DNA from: Azolla caroliniana
Lineage: Eukaryota; Plantae; Polypodiophyta
DNA: 64,000 bases
Assembly: GCA_043228905.1 (NCBI GenBank)
Contig: JBHGNT010000014.1
Span: 1,240,001 to 1,304,000 of the forward strand
Direction: 5' to 3'
Position numbers and translations under genes: made by a program. Below the pieces are notes generated by a model. That model ran no database searches, was not told the origin of the DNA, and saw only the letters and a list, made by a program, of their open reading frames with translations. Shown piece by piece: positions 13,104 through 26,218 of this stretch (within the stretch, counting starts at the first letter, position 1; each line of letters opens with the position of its first letter).

Positions 13104-16100
13104 TGCTTAGAGGGCACTTTTATACAAGTCCATACGGACTGACAAAAGTACTGACACCTACTTCAATGCTCATAACTGAGCTCCTACACTAACTCCCAAA
13201 TATATTCCCTCACGGAATATCTGTTCAACGGCCTCCCGGTTTCCGCACCGATCTGGCCTCTTGTTGCACACCGGTTTACGCACAGATCTGGCCAATGTTG
13301 AGCTTGTATGCCAACACTCCCCCTCAAGCTCAACTTGAGGCTCTTCTGGTCCTTCACTCCAGTTTCTCTTGACTTCACGCCTCGCTTGCACTCCTTGACC
13401 CGTTCGATCCCACGCGCCTCGACCCTTACGGTCGGCTTGTCTGTTCATGCGGCCTTTTCCAACTCCCTTGGTGTCACGGTGTTGGCGCCTCTTATGCTAC
13501 CCTTTCTTCCGCTTGGCCTTTAGTTGATTTGGCATCTCTGAATCAAACATCTGAGCCGAATCAGCTGCCTCTGATTCGTCTCCGCTTTTGTCCGAATTGG
13601 TTGTCTCCAATTCGTCCTCAGTCCTGGCCTTCTTGCCCTTGTTGGCTTCATCTCCCCCATGCTTGGCTGGCTCTGGCTCTTTCTTTTGGCTGCTGCCCTC
13701 TCATCCGCTTCCAGACTCTCTCATGGATCCGCCTTTGGCTTCTTCAGCCGATAGTAAATCGAATTCGTCATCCGATTTGGTGTCGCGGTCAGTTCCGTTC
13801 CTTTCTTGCTCCTTTCTGTGGTCTTGCGGGATTTTTCTCCCCCTCAAGTTCGGCATGTCGAAGTGCCGCAATCCAAGCGCACCCGAGAATTGCCGCAACT
13901 TGTCCAGACCAAGGGGCTTGGTGAAAATGTCGGCGTTCTGCCGATCCGTCGAAACATACTGAAGTTCAACTTCACTAGAGAGGACACGCTCGTAGATAAA
14001 GTGGTAGTGCACCTTAATGTGCTTAGTCCAGGCGTGGAAGACGAGGTTCTTTGCAAATTGGATGCTTCTGAGGTTGTCGCAGTAGATCGTAGTCAGACCG
14101 AACACCTCCACTTGCAGATCCTTAAGTAGCTGCTTCAGCCATATGGCTTCGCATGTTGCGACAACCGCTCCTCAATACTCGGCCTCTGTGCTCGATAGTG
14201 CAACTGTCGGCTGCTTCTCGCTACTCCACGTGATTGCGGCACTCCCAAGGGAGAACGCGAATCCGGATGTGGATCGGCGATTGCTGGCATTTCCGGCCCA
14301 GTCGGCATCTATATAGTCGACTAGCTGTGTGGCAGTACCGGTCCAATATAGTAGCCCTCGGTCCTTAGTGCCACTGACGTACCTGAGTACGCGTTGCGCG
14401 CACTGAAGGTGCTCCTCGGTTGGCCGCGCCATGAACTGACTAATCAGGCTGACCGGGTAACTGAGGTCTGACCAGGTGATAGTCAAGTATATGAGGCTTC
14501 TGACAATCTGTAGGAACCTTTTTGGGTCACAGACCTTTCCGGAGTCAGGGCGAAGCTTCACGATTCTGTCCAGAGGAGTTGAGACGGACTTACAATCTGC
14601 CATCCCGAACTCGAAGAGCATACTCAGCACGTAATGCCATTGGCTGATCAGTATGCCTTCGGGGCTTCGGATCACTTCGATCCCGAGAAAGTAATGAAGG
14701 TCCCCCAGGTCCTTCATATCAAATGATGTCGCAAGTTGGAGCTTTACGTCGTCAATTTCACCTGAGTCAACGTTGGCGATGACCAAATCATCAACATAAA
14801 GTAAAATACTAACCGACCCAAGTCGACCTTGCCGGACGAACAATGAAGAGTCCGATTTGGACGTCGCAAATCCCATCCGACGCAATCGTTGTGTGATCTT
14901 CGCGTTCTAGGCACGTGGGGCTTGCTTTAGTCCGTAAAGGGACTTCTTCAACTAGCATACCGCTTAAGTGTTCATTCTAGAGTGAAATCCGGGGGGTTGT
15001 ACCATGTACACTTGTTCCTCAAGCTCGCCTTGCAGGAACACATTCTTTACATCCATCTGATGTAAGTGCCACCCCTTCGCCGTAGCTACCACAAGCAAAA
15101 CACGGACGATCATCATCTTCATGACCGACGCAAACGTCTCACCGTAATCGATGCCGTGTTGTTGCGCGTAGCCTTTTGGTACTAACATGGCCTAGTATCG
15201 GTTGACTGAGCCGTCGGTGTTGTACTTGACCTTGTACAACCACCTGCATCCAATCGGCTTTACACCCTTGGGGGCGTCAACCAGGTCCCAGGTTTCATTC
15301 TCCGCAAGTGCGTTCATCTCTTCCTCCATGGAGGCACGCCAATTTGCGTCCTTTGCTGCTTCTGCGTAGCTCTCTGGCTCACGCACTTCCGCTACACGTG
15401 TCATGTACGCATAGTGATGCGCCATGTACTCGTTGTATCCGAACTGCACAATATGGTTCTTCTAGCGGGTAGATCGGTGTAAATGCTAATTAACCGATGT
15501 TGAGGCCATTCTGGTAGATGCGAGCTTCGTTCTTGAAGGCCCGTCATCGCTCTTCTCGGAGTTGGATTTACGTCAATCCAACTCGTCCCTGTCTGTGCCG
15601 TACTCCAACATCTTCTTCTTTCCCTTTTCTTTGCGCATAAGCCGTCTCTTCGGCTTCCTACGCGGGGAATGCACGATCGAGTCTCCACTACTTGCCGGCT
15701 CTTCATCTGACTGGTCAAACTGACTCAGTTGCTCATTCAGTCCACTTAGCTGAAATGAGATTGGACTCTCTTCAAGAGTTCCGACTTCGCGTTCATCAGG
15801 AGGCATCTCAACCTCGCTGACCTCATCTTCAGAACTCGGATTGGAGTTGAGCTCCGGAGTCGGAGGCAAATACCAAGACGTGGACTCATCAAACACAACA
15901 TCGTGACTTACGCGAGCTTGTTTGGTTCGAGGGTTATGACAGTTATAACCCTTTTGTTCGTCCGAGTACCCAACCAAGATACATTTCTCGGCTTTTGCGT
16001 CCAGCTTCCTTTGCTTCTCCTTCGGCACATGCACATACGCGATGCTACCGAAAACCCTCAAGTGTCGTAGATTCGGCTTCCTTCCGAAATACAGTTCATG

Positions 16101-18575
16101 TGTCGACACTTTTTCCCTGATCCGATTTTGGATGTAGACCGCGGTTTGGATCGATTCGGCCCAATAGAACTTGGGCATGCTCTTTTCTTCTAGCATTGCC
16201 CACGCCGCTTCCACAACCGATCGGCTACGCCATTTTGCTCCGGCATATACCTGCAATTGAATTCACGCCGAATTCCCATTTGTCGCAGACAACCATTGAA
16301 TTGGCCGGAAAAGTACTCTTTTTCGCCATCTGACCGCAGACACTTGATCTTCCTCCCTGTTTCCCTTTTGACAAGATTTTTGAGGTTCCAGAAACAATCA
16401 AAGACTTCACTCTTCTTTTTGATGAGGTATATCCATGTGTGTTGGGTGTAGTCATCGATGAAGGAGACGAAATATTGACTCCCGCCAAGACTCAGGTTCT
16501 GTACCGGTCCCCATACATCTTAATGTATCAGGACAAGCATATTTCGACTCTAATTATGCTCTTTTGGGAAAGGAAGTCAGTGTTGCTTCCCTAGTTGGCA
16601 AGCTTCACAAATTTGGGCCTTTCGACCACTGAATTTCGGCAATCCGAACACAAATTGTTTTGATTGCAGATCCTGAAGCCTTTGGTAGTTGACATGGCCT
16701 ATCTGCTTATGCCGCAAGTCGATATCCGACTCGACTTTTTGTCCTTTCGCGAACATGGTGGTGCCTACGTCATTGGTGTTGAGGATGAACATCCTCCCAT
16801 CTCTACGCCCTTACGCAATAACTTGGCCTTCTTCCTTGATGAAGCACCCAAGATGTGTGAACCGGACTTGCTGCATCCCCTGGTCGATGATCTGTCCGAC
16901 CGACACCAGATTCTTCGTAATTGTCGGGATGTGTAACACCTTCATTAGCTTCCCTTTTTGCCCGACGTGGCTGAGGGGAACTTCACCGACATGTACGATT
17001 GGATGTGGAGTGCCGTCTCCTATTGCGACTACTCTAGGTTGTTCCGGTTTTTCCATATATGAGAACCACTCTTTATGGCTTGTCATATGGTTTGACGCTC
17101 CGGAGTCAACGTACCACACTTCATCCGATTTCGGGGTGGTCTTCTTCATCGAGTTCACTTCATGTCTAACTTTTTCGGATCCTTCGGCGTAGTGCATCCG
17201 CTGCCGATTTCCTTGTTCGATCGGTTCGGATCTGGATTCAGTTTTCTCTGAATCGGCACACTTCTTCCAACACTCATTCTCCTTGTGGCCTTTCTTGCCA
17301 CAATACCAACACTCCGCGGCGTGTTTCCCTTGCCGGATCTCGTCGCCTCCTCGACTCCCCCTGCTTCCAGAGGGTCCAGAATTGTTGTCAGCATCACCAC
17401 GATGCCTTCTTCCTTGCTCCCATCGGCCACCTCCATTGCGCGCCGACTCGCCTCATCCGCCATGACCACGGGGCCTATCTCCCTCCGTGTATAGCATCTT
17501 GATGTCGGCGTGCGTACTCGTCAGCATGTATAGCATCTTGATTCTCCTCTATAAGGAGCATCGACTGCAAGTTGAAAAACGACGGCGTATTCTCCCTTGT
17601 ACAAATAGCAGTTCAGAAAGCTCCAAACTTCGACGCCAATCCTCCGAGGCAGATCTGCACCATTTCGCCCTCCTCAACGTTCACATCGATGGAGGCGAGG
17701 GAGTTGCAGATATCCTTTATCTTGGAAGTGTAGTCAACCACTGTCATGTCGCGTTGACGCACATTGCTCAACTCTTGTCAAAGTTGGAGCTTCCTGGCTA
17801 TGGTGCTTGCGGCGAAAATCTTTTTCAGATTTCCCCAAGCATCCTTTCGCATTCTTGCATCCCGAATGTAGCTCAAGAGCTGTTCGCTCACACAGGACGC
17901 GAAGCAGTAGAGAATTCTGCTCGCCGACTATTCCCAGGCCGGGAAGTCTTTGTGTATCGATTTGGGTCCTGCATCATTCGCTCCATCGACATAGCTCTAG
18001 TATCCATGTCTGAGCAGGTACTGGTGCATCTTGTATGACCAAGATGCATAATTACTTCTGTCGAGCTTCTCAATTGGAAGCGAGCTAGCCATACCTCTAT
18101 CCATTTTTTTCCTCTCTATTCTTCACCGAGATTAGTTTTTTTTGTTTCGAGCTGAAGTCGGCTGCAGAGGTTCTCAACCCTCGCGCTTTGATACCATGTG
18201 AAATGTTACGTGCGGAAGCTATACGAAACACAGAAGACTGACAGGGAAATAATAGGTTTAATGGAGAGCTTAAGACACAATGTACGTGGGAGAGACAGAG
18301 AAGGGATAAACACACAGAAAAAACTAAATTCAAATAATGTGTAAAACTCTGTACATAGGATGTGCTCAGAGGGCACTTTTATACAAGTCCAAATGGACTG
18401 ACAAAAGTACTGACACATACTTCAATGCTCATAACTGAGCTCCTACACTAACTCCCAAATATATTCCCTTGCGGAATATTTGTTCAACGGCCTCCTGGTT
18501 TCCGCACTGATCCAGCCTCTTGTTGCGCACCAGTTTGCGCACCGATTCGGCCAATGTTGAGCTTGTATCTCAACA
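12938..18575 (-). mobile_element. Element D: full-length degenerate Ty1/Copia nested in gag of A
   Basis: LTRs at 12938-13316 and 18197-18575, TSD CAATC, PBS tggtatcaaagc (tRNA-iMet type) at 18185-18196, PPT at 13317-13328. Order is gag, protease (WYVDSGASNHMT), integrase, RT (LLYVDD), RNase H (ADIFTK), with stops and frameshifts. Confidence 0.93.
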
Positions 18576-19430
18576 CAATCTAACGGAACTCTGAGGCGTA
18601 GACCGAGGCTGGACGTGAGCCTTGTTGGAAAGAATAAAGCTTTGTGAGTGCCATTCGTCGCCGGTCTGTCTCGCCAAATGTCGCTTCGAGGTCCTCAATG
18701 AAAGCGATGAAGTTTTCTAAGAGAGGGGATGACGTCTCGATCAAGGGTGCAAACCACGCTTGTGTCAGCCCGGAGAGAAGCGTGCTAACAAGCCCAACCC
18801 GAGAAAAGTCGCTAGCATACCGTTGGGGCAGTAACAGGATGATTGGCCGAATTTGGTTGATGAAGCCGTGAAGATACGTCCTCGTGCCGTTGAATTTTTC
18901 CGGTAGGCTGATGGTTGGTTCGAGGACATATGGATGGGAAGAGGACGTGGTCGGGCTAGGTGCCGACGGTGGTTGTGACTCGGCGGGTGGTGGATTTCTT
19001 GAAGTGCCGGATTGTAACTCTCGTAATGATTCCCAAAGGATTTCATTCTCTAGCTGAAGTTGTTGCAAAGATGTCATGATTTGGTTTAGGTTGTCGATTT
19101 GGTTCATTCTCTAGCAAGAAGAGGGAAGGTGAATAAACTATCACGGACAAGTATAATAGAGCAAAGCGAAGACAAGACTAGAACACAAGAGGGAGGAAAA
19201 GAACAAGAACTCAACTTATAGAATCCGTAACTGGTGTTGTTCACCTTGATTACAATCAAGGGGTACCTGAGTATTTATGCAAGAAGGTAGGGCTATGTAA
19301 GCTAGCTAGAAATAGAGTATGCATGAGGATGCATGCAATAGAGAATGTATGAGGATGTGTGCAAGCTAGAAACTTCCAATGTTCAATCTACACTACATGA
19401 AGTTGGATCCTTAATACAAGGATGCATATG

Positions 19431-19490
19431 TAGCTCAATTGGTAGGGTTGCTTAATAGAGACCATGAGGTCTTGGGTTCAATCCTTACCT
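19431..19490 (+). promoter_or_regulatory. tRNA-like A-box/B-box module in the 5' LTR of A (copy at about 6678-6735 in the 3' LTR)
   Basis: TAGCTCAATTGG at 19431, then GAGGTC, then GGTTCAATCC at 19475. The 44-nt spacing matches tRNA genes; no clean acceptor stem. Confidence 0.7.
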
Positions 19491-19559
19491 TTCTCTGTGG
19501 CATGTCTACGATAGATATCATATTTCTATACTATATGTTGTTGTTTTTTTTCCATAAAA

Positions 19560-19905
19560 AATATGTTCCATTGGTATTAAAATTAAAAAGGCCAGTGGCA
19601 CTATACAAATAATATATAATATTTTCCATCTCCACAAGTATATATCATCAAAGAAATGACCAAATATAAACGATGGCATTTGGCAAGATAAGGATAATTA
19701 TAATCCATGAATACAACTCTCAGCCTTTGCCAGTAACACCTTTGTTACGACAAGCTAGGAGACCACATATAAAGGTGATAGAATTGGGGACCATACAGTC
19801 AATCTCCAACATGTGAAAACAAGTTAGTGTTTCATCGAAACATCCATGTTCTATAAGCTCTATCATCATTGCATTCCATGAGACCACATATAGTTAGAGG
19901 TGTCT
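19560..19905 (-). pseudogene. PLS-class pentatricopeptide repeat (PPR) gene fragment
   Basis: The minus strand reads VSWNAMMIELIEHGCFDETLTCFHMLEIDCMVPNSITFICGLLACRNKGVTGKG*EL, matching the PPR P/L motif consensus, with a stop codon. Confidence 0.7.
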
Positions 19906-20522
19906 GAAACACATCTTCCTTTGCCCCTTGTCAGGGTCTCTAAAAACTTCATGTTGCAGACAAAGTTGGTTGAACTTGGTTCCACTAATACTAAAGCTCT
20001 TCGCCATAACCATAGTCAATATATAAACAAATTCCTGCAGTCCAAGAGAATACATTTCTTGTTGGTAGTCATGCTCAACCTATCGTGGATGTCCACCCTG
20101 GTTGGTAGTCTGAAAACTTCATGTTTGCATTTGGTTCCGCATATACTAAAGACCATACTCAACCTATAAACAACTTCTTGCAATCCAAGAGAATACATTT
20201 CTGGCTAGTAGTCATGCTCAACATATATACCTTGGTTGTCCATTAGGTATTGCTTCTGAAGTATTAGTTCACAGAACACATCCAATAATTCAATAAATAG
20301 CCAAACAAATAACACCTTTCCTACCATGATATGTTCTATATGTTTTGATCTCGAATGATTAAAACTGTATTCTTTGCCAAACAAATAACACCTTTCCTAC
20401 CATTATACAAGGTTGGAGTCAAAATTGCAACAATCTATTGAAATGTGCCAACTAGTTAACTAACCCATAGTGCTCCCTTAGTTGCATTAGGTATAGCTAT
20501 ATATTCTGCTTTAGCTAGCGAT

Positions 20523-21023
20523 TGTTGTGACTTGAGGGTAGGAGAGAGAAAGAGAGAAAGATGATAAAGATGATGATAGAAGGTAGAGAGAGAGAGAGAG
20601 AGAGAGAGCAAGAAAGGAGTATGAAAATGGAAAGGAGTTGATATTATAAGGGAACAAGGGTCACAAAGAGTAGGCTAAGGGGCTAAAGACTGGTGTTGAA
20701 CTGAGTGAGTTCGTATGAATTAGTAGACACCTATTTCTAGGTCCTTATGGAGTATTCTAGAATGTTCTAGAGTATTTACAATATTTACGATAATCATGGA
20801 ATATTCTAGAATGTTCTAGAACACTCTAAATATCTTATAATAATTAGTAATATAATTATTATGATTATATAAGTCATATATCTTTGTATATGTTATCATA
20901 ATGGTTTAAGATTTGACGTATATATCAATAGTTTGTGGGTTCGAATTCTTGTAACCCAAAATGTATGTACATAATCATGACATTATCCTCCCTTTTTCAA
21001 CGATGAGTTCCACGAGTCGTAAG
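20523..21023 (-). mobile_element. Chromovirus 3' LTR (20523-20982) plus PPT; internal part truncated
   Basis: TG...CATGACA ends and an adjacent PPT (aaaaagggaggataa). The tail resembles the end of element C, and the LTR shares the caacaccagtc motif of A, B and C. Confidence 0.75.
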
Positions 21024-21575
21024 TAGCAATGGGCCCAGTTTCAACTCAAACCGAACCGAACCGTTAAGCCATGGTTTATCGGTTCCAAAATAATTTAATG
21101 ATTTGGTTTGGTTTGGATTATAAATGAACGGTTCAGTTTGGTTCTAAAACTCAAGTTTATTGGTTTATAGGTTTGGTTTAAAGGTTTTTGGTGAACGGTT
21201 TTTCCCCCTTAATGAATTATTAACGTTTTTTTATTGATTTAATTAATTTAACTTAAATGTTTATTTAATTTTTTGGTTTAATTAATGTTTTCTTATTGAT
21301 TTAATAAATTTAACGTAAATGTTTATTTAATTTAATGTATTTTTTTTTATTTAGTTTTTTAATTCATTTGACTTAAGTGGTTAGTTTTAAATTTTTTATT
21401 CAATGGTTCAGTTTGGTTTCAACTTTTCCATAAACGATTTTGGTTTAAATGGTTTGGTTTACCTTTTCTTAAACAGTTTGGTTTAAATCACCTGAGAGTT
21501 CCTAAATGGTTTGGTTTGGTTTGGATTGGTTTGGTTTCAAGGCAAAGAAAGCGAACCAAACCGGGTCCATTGCTA
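21024..21575. mobile_element. hAT-type MITE
   Basis: Terminal inverted repeats tagcaatgggcccagtt / aaccgggtccattgcta, a perfect 8-bp TSD GTCGTAAG, and AAACC/GGTTT subterminal repeats. Confidence 0.88.
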
Positions 21576-22147
21576 GTCGTAAGACAATACTGGTGAAAGT
21601 ATAAGAATAGATATGTGGAAGAATATGTATGAGGACCTTCAAGATGATGTACAACAAACAACACAGATATACAATAAGAAGAGAGACAAAAGATGGACAT
21701 GGTTTTAGAGCTTTAATGGAAGTTCTTATTCTCTCACTCTGTAACTCTTACACTCCGATTATATCTTTACAATGTTAGGTTTGAGCTTATATACTCAAGC
21801 CCTAACTAGAGGACGTGTTCACACTACGGATACAAAGTGGAGTCGGCCTTTTATGGCAACAAACTCCCCCATAGAAGGGCTACTCGTTCCTATGTATACA
21901 AATAATTGGGGTTATCTCTCCCATGAACCTAGATTACAAATCTAATCTATAGTTACAAGCATAGATTGACACATGCGTGATATTCGTGATATTCTTTATG
22001 CGTGATATTCGCAATATTCAAGAATACAAAATCACCCCAAGAATATTATAAAACCATTCGTTTTGCAAAATAAATATAAAAAAATTAATTAATTAATTTA
22101 AATAAATTTATTTCACCAAAAAAAAAACAATTATTCATTAATAGATT

Positions 22148-22971
22148 TGACAGGAACTCAACGCTCCTTATGCGCAACGCTCGGCCACAACCGAGATTCT
22201 TTTCATACACAGAAAACGGGAAACAAATGCACGACACAAAGGAGAGGAAAAAAGTAGACAGGATGTTTACGTGGAAAACCCAAACTGAGGGAAAAACCAC
22301 GGCAGCCCACAGGCTGCAAACTATCACTATGTTGGAATGTACAATCAGTGAGTTCACGGAGGCAACGACCTCGTTCTCTCACTCTCTCTCTCTGTACAGT
22401 TACGCACACTCTCTATTCTTGCACCAACAAGAATGACAACCATCATGACTAAAAGTTTGCCCTAAGTCATATTTATACTAATATGACTTTTCAGCTATTT
22501 ACAAATGTAGCCGCAATGGACTAACAGAAACATATTTACTAATATGTCTCTTCATCCGGTTCATACCGGGTCTGCACCATCCGGCTCTCCGTAGCCGGGT
22601 ACTCTTCATCCGGTTCACACCGGGTCTGCACCATCCGGCTCTCCGTAGCCGGGTACTCTTCATCCGGTTCACACCGGGTCTGCACCATCCGGCTCTCCGT
22701 AGCCGGGTACTCTTCATCCGGTTCACACCGAGTCTGCACCATCCGGCTCTCCGTAGCCGGGTACTCTTCATCCGGTTCACACCGGGTCTGCACCATCCGG
22801 CTCTCCGTAGCCAAGTACTCCTCATCCAGTTCATACCGGGTCTGCACCATCCGGCTCTTCGTAGCCGGGTCCTCCTCATACGGTTTCGGCCGAGGCCTAT
22901 CGGCCTCGGCCGAGTTTGTTCATCGGCACTGTTCTTCTCCCTTCCCATCCGGAGGGACCTGTCTCCCAACA
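22148..22971 (-). mobile_element. Copia solo LTR (family of element G) with an internal minisatellite
   Basis: TG...CA ends with TSD AGATT. It shares the cttcccatccggagggacct end and acgtggaaa motif with 35192-35761 and 52734-53211. Confidence 0.88.
22547..22885. repeat. 54-bp tandem repeat, about 6 copies
   Basis: Unit ccggttcacaccgggtctgcaccatccggctctccgtagccgggtactcttcat; produces the 18-aa periodic ORFs in the track. Confidence 0.95.
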
Positions 22972-23779
22972 AGATTATTGTGTCAACCTTTAGGAGAGTT
23001 TATGAAACTTATTTAATTAACTAATTAATTAATTAATTTTTAAAAAATAAATATTTTTATATTTATTATAAAAATATGATTATTGTGAACTTTGAAGTCT
23101 TATTTTTGCTGTCAAGATAAAAATACCATTAATTTTGAGGGAATAAAAAGTGAAAAATTAATGAGCCTTTATTTTATTTTATTTTATTTATTAAAAATAA
23201 AATGAATACTTATAGCTATAAGTTACACATTTATTATAAAAATTGAGTAGTGTCAAGTCCCTCTTTTATTATCCCTGTTTATTGTCAAGTTCCTTTTTTT
23301 TATCCTAAGAAATTAAAATAGATAAGTTCATGTGCTTTTTTTTTTTTTGGGGTTATATGAATACTTGACCACCCATTTGTATTCGTATTCGTTTGCATTC
23401 GAATGGGAAACCCCACAAATGCAAATATGTCAATCTATGGTTACAAGCATAGAATGAACCATACGTATCATACATGCATTCGCATTCGAGAATGAATCAA
23501 TCAAACGTGTATGGTAAATAATCTCAAAGTTGGATTGGATTGATTATGGTCTATATTATATATTGATTCACTCTCAATCCCAATAAGTGGACTCTAATCC
23601 ATTGTGAACCACCAACATAAGTATGGTTGCAATATTTGCATTGTATCACATGCATACTTTTGGGATGCTTCTTAAGAATCAAGACATCTCTATCATCCTC
23701 ACTTTAGAACTTTACAAAAAAATGAGTATGAACTATAGGGATTGAATCAAAATATGTCATTATAAATTATAATCAAATG

Positions 23780-24335
23780 TTCAAAAACTCATAAAACGTA
23801 TATTCGAGAATATGAAGAAAACATGACATAGGCAGTAGTAGCATAACAACTTACCACTAGGGTGAGCTAATTTCTAATAACAAAGAAAGAAAAAAAGAAA
23901 AGAAAAAAGAAACGATCAAAAACTCATAAAACGTATATTTAAGAATATGAAGAAAACATAACATAGGTAGTAGTAGCATAACAACTTACCACTAGGGTGA
24001 CCTAATTTCTAATAACAAAGAAAGAAAGAAAAAGAAGAAAAAGGAACATGACACTAACATAAAATTTTGCCATGACACTAACAAGAGGATATGAGAAAGT
24101 TGGGAATTGAACCCAAGACACAAGTAATAGTAACATAGCAACTTACCACTAGGTTGTGCTTAATTCTACTAATAAAAATAGACAAGAAAAAAGTATTATA
24201 ACATTAATATAAAATTTTGCTATAAAAATGGTACTAATGAGAGAGAGAGAGAGAGAGAAAGATGAGAAAATTGGGAATCGAACCCAAGACATAGACAAAA
24301 ATAGCATGACTCCTTACCACTAGGGTGAGTTGAAT
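23780..24335 (-). repeat. Diverged tandem units, four carrying a tRNA-like A-box and two also a B-box
   Basis: cttaccactagg recurs at about 23850, 23985, 24142 and 24313. The minus strand reads cctagtggtaag...tgtcttGGGTTC(A/G)ATTCCC in the last two units. Confidence 0.65.
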
Positions 24336-25085
24336 TATAATGATGATAAATGAAAAACAGGAAAAAAATCAGCACGTATTTTTCCCATTTCAAACGTGTT
24401 CGTTTCCAAACGTTTGAATGCTTGCACGAACACGAATATTACGTTCTATGGTTACAAGTATACACACAAGGTTGTTGGCATTCAACCGAATTTGCAGAGG
24501 TAATGTCAAGCTCTAACCTTATTCAGCTAGTATGTGTTTGGCTTGTCACCCGAATCGGCTTGTTCGTTCGCTTCTTGCTCGTGCTTGCTCGTGTGCTCCT
24601 CGTTGGATCCTTGATCTGTCTTCAAGTTCATTCACCCCTCGACTTCCAATACATGAACTTATCCCTCAACTTACTAGACATTCATTCAATCAATTGACCA
24701 TTTGTAACATTCATTCTGTCATGAACACTACTGAGACAGAGAAGGAATTAGTACTAACGAAGGATTAGTACTATGAGAGGTGTGGAACTTCTTCGAGAGA
24801 AGGAAGAAGTGAGCGAGACAGAGAGATAGAGAGAGATAGAGAGAGAGAGTGTGTGTGTGATGATAAGAAAGATATGTATTATATGAAGAGAATATACAAT
24901 GGTGGCTAAAAGGCTTAAGACTGGCGTTGAACCAATTTGGTTCAACATAATGCCTAGTGCCCTCTTTTATAGTGTTTTCAGGAGTAATCCTGAAGCTTCT
25001 AGAATGTTCCAAAGAAATCTGGAATATACATTAATTTCCTATAATAAAATGGAAGTGAAAATAATATCCTATGTATTACAATAGA

Positions 25086-25145
25086 TGGTCTAATGGTCAA
25101 GAGCTCGACCCATATAACCTAAGGTCATGGGTTCGAGTCTTGCCA
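25086..25145 (+). promoter_or_regulatory. tRNA-like A-box/B-box module in the LTR of C (copy at 30325-30384)
   Basis: TGGTCTAATGG at 25086, then AAGGTC, then GGTTCGAGTC at 25130; 44-nt spacing. Confidence 0.72.
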
Positions 25146-26218
25146 TATCATGACACTATCCCCCCTTTAAAACGACGAGTGTCACGAGTCGTCTTGGATT
25201 GAGGACCCGGTTTATGTGGATATTGACGATGGAAGTCTTCAAGAAGAGCACGAGCATTGGTTACATTCTCGATCGGTTCCCAAGTACATTCGCTGGGGCT
25301 ATAGCCTAGCCAATCGACTAGATAGTAGAGCTTGTTGCGAACAATCTTGGAATCAAGGATGGCGGCAACCTCGTACTCCAGCCCATCTTCAAGCTTGATC
25401 GGGGGTGGAGGTTGGATAAGACGTCCTGGGATGGTGCTCTCATGGTAGGGTTCGAGGAGAGAACTATGAAACACCAGATGTATCCGAAGTTGAGGAGGTA
25501 TAGATCGAGACGAAAAGCGACATCATTAATCTTTCCAATAATACGGAAAGGACCTAATCGCCGATAATCCAACTTCTCACATGGGCGAGTAGTCTTGATG
25601 TGTCGTCGTAGCAGCCACACCCAATCTCCAATATTAAAACTGGATGGAAGTCGATGACGATCCGCGTAGACCTTGTGTGTTTGTTGAGCTTGCTGGAGAT
25701 GAGTAGATAAATCCGCTTGTATCTTGCGTAACTGCTCCAAACGATCCTCCGCGCACGGATTTGTGGACACCTCTGGGGTTTCAAGTACAGTCCACCGGGG
25801 GTGACATCCCGTATAAGCATAAAATGGTGTAACTTTAGTGGATGCGTGGATAGAGTTGTTATAGGCAAATTCGGCGAAGTGGAGAATATCTGCCCAGTCA
25901 TCCTGATGATAGCTGAGAAAGCACCGCAGATACTGCTCCAGCGTTTGATTTGTTCGTTCAGCTTGGCCGTCGGTTTGTGGGTGGTAGCCGGAGGAGAGGT
26001 TACAAGTGACCTTGAGCATGTTAAAAAGGTGCTTCCAGAATTTTGACACGAACTGGGGTCCACGGTCGCTGATGATACTATCGGGAAGTCCATGATGCTG
26101 ACATACTTCACGCATGACAATTTTGGCAGTGTCTTCACTGGAGATCTCCTTAGTACATGGCAAGAAATGAGCCATCTTCGTATATCGATCGACCACCGTT
26201 AGAATCGTATTGAACCCC

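Larger units (their letters stand above)
6363..19513 (-). mobile_element. Element A: Ty3/Gypsy chromovirus (Tcn1-like), degenerate, hosting three nested insertions
   Basis: LTRs at 6363-6766 (3') and 19139-19513 (5'), TSD GATAT (6358-6362 and 19514-19518), PPT at 6767-6780. Gag lies at 19107-18580 and continues at 12937-12170; protease ALLDSGAS near 12040; RT/RNase H 11381-9873; integrase 9225-8500. Confidence 0.92.

Noticed and set aside
13170-13800. Possible env-like extra ORF at the 3' end of Copia D
   Set aside because: Only short, charged, low-complexity frames on the element's sense strand; no transmembrane or long ORF evidence.
19420-19500. Functional tRNA genes at the A/B-box modules (also 9680, 20890, 25085 and 30325)
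   Set aside because: Acceptor and anticodon stems do not pair convincingly and the modules are integral parts of LTRs, so they are reported as tRNA-like promoters only.
22499-22972. Repeat-protein ORFs or a CRISPR-like array
   Set aside because: These are head-to-tail 54-bp units without unique spacers, inside an LTR; the ORFs are by-products of the repeat.
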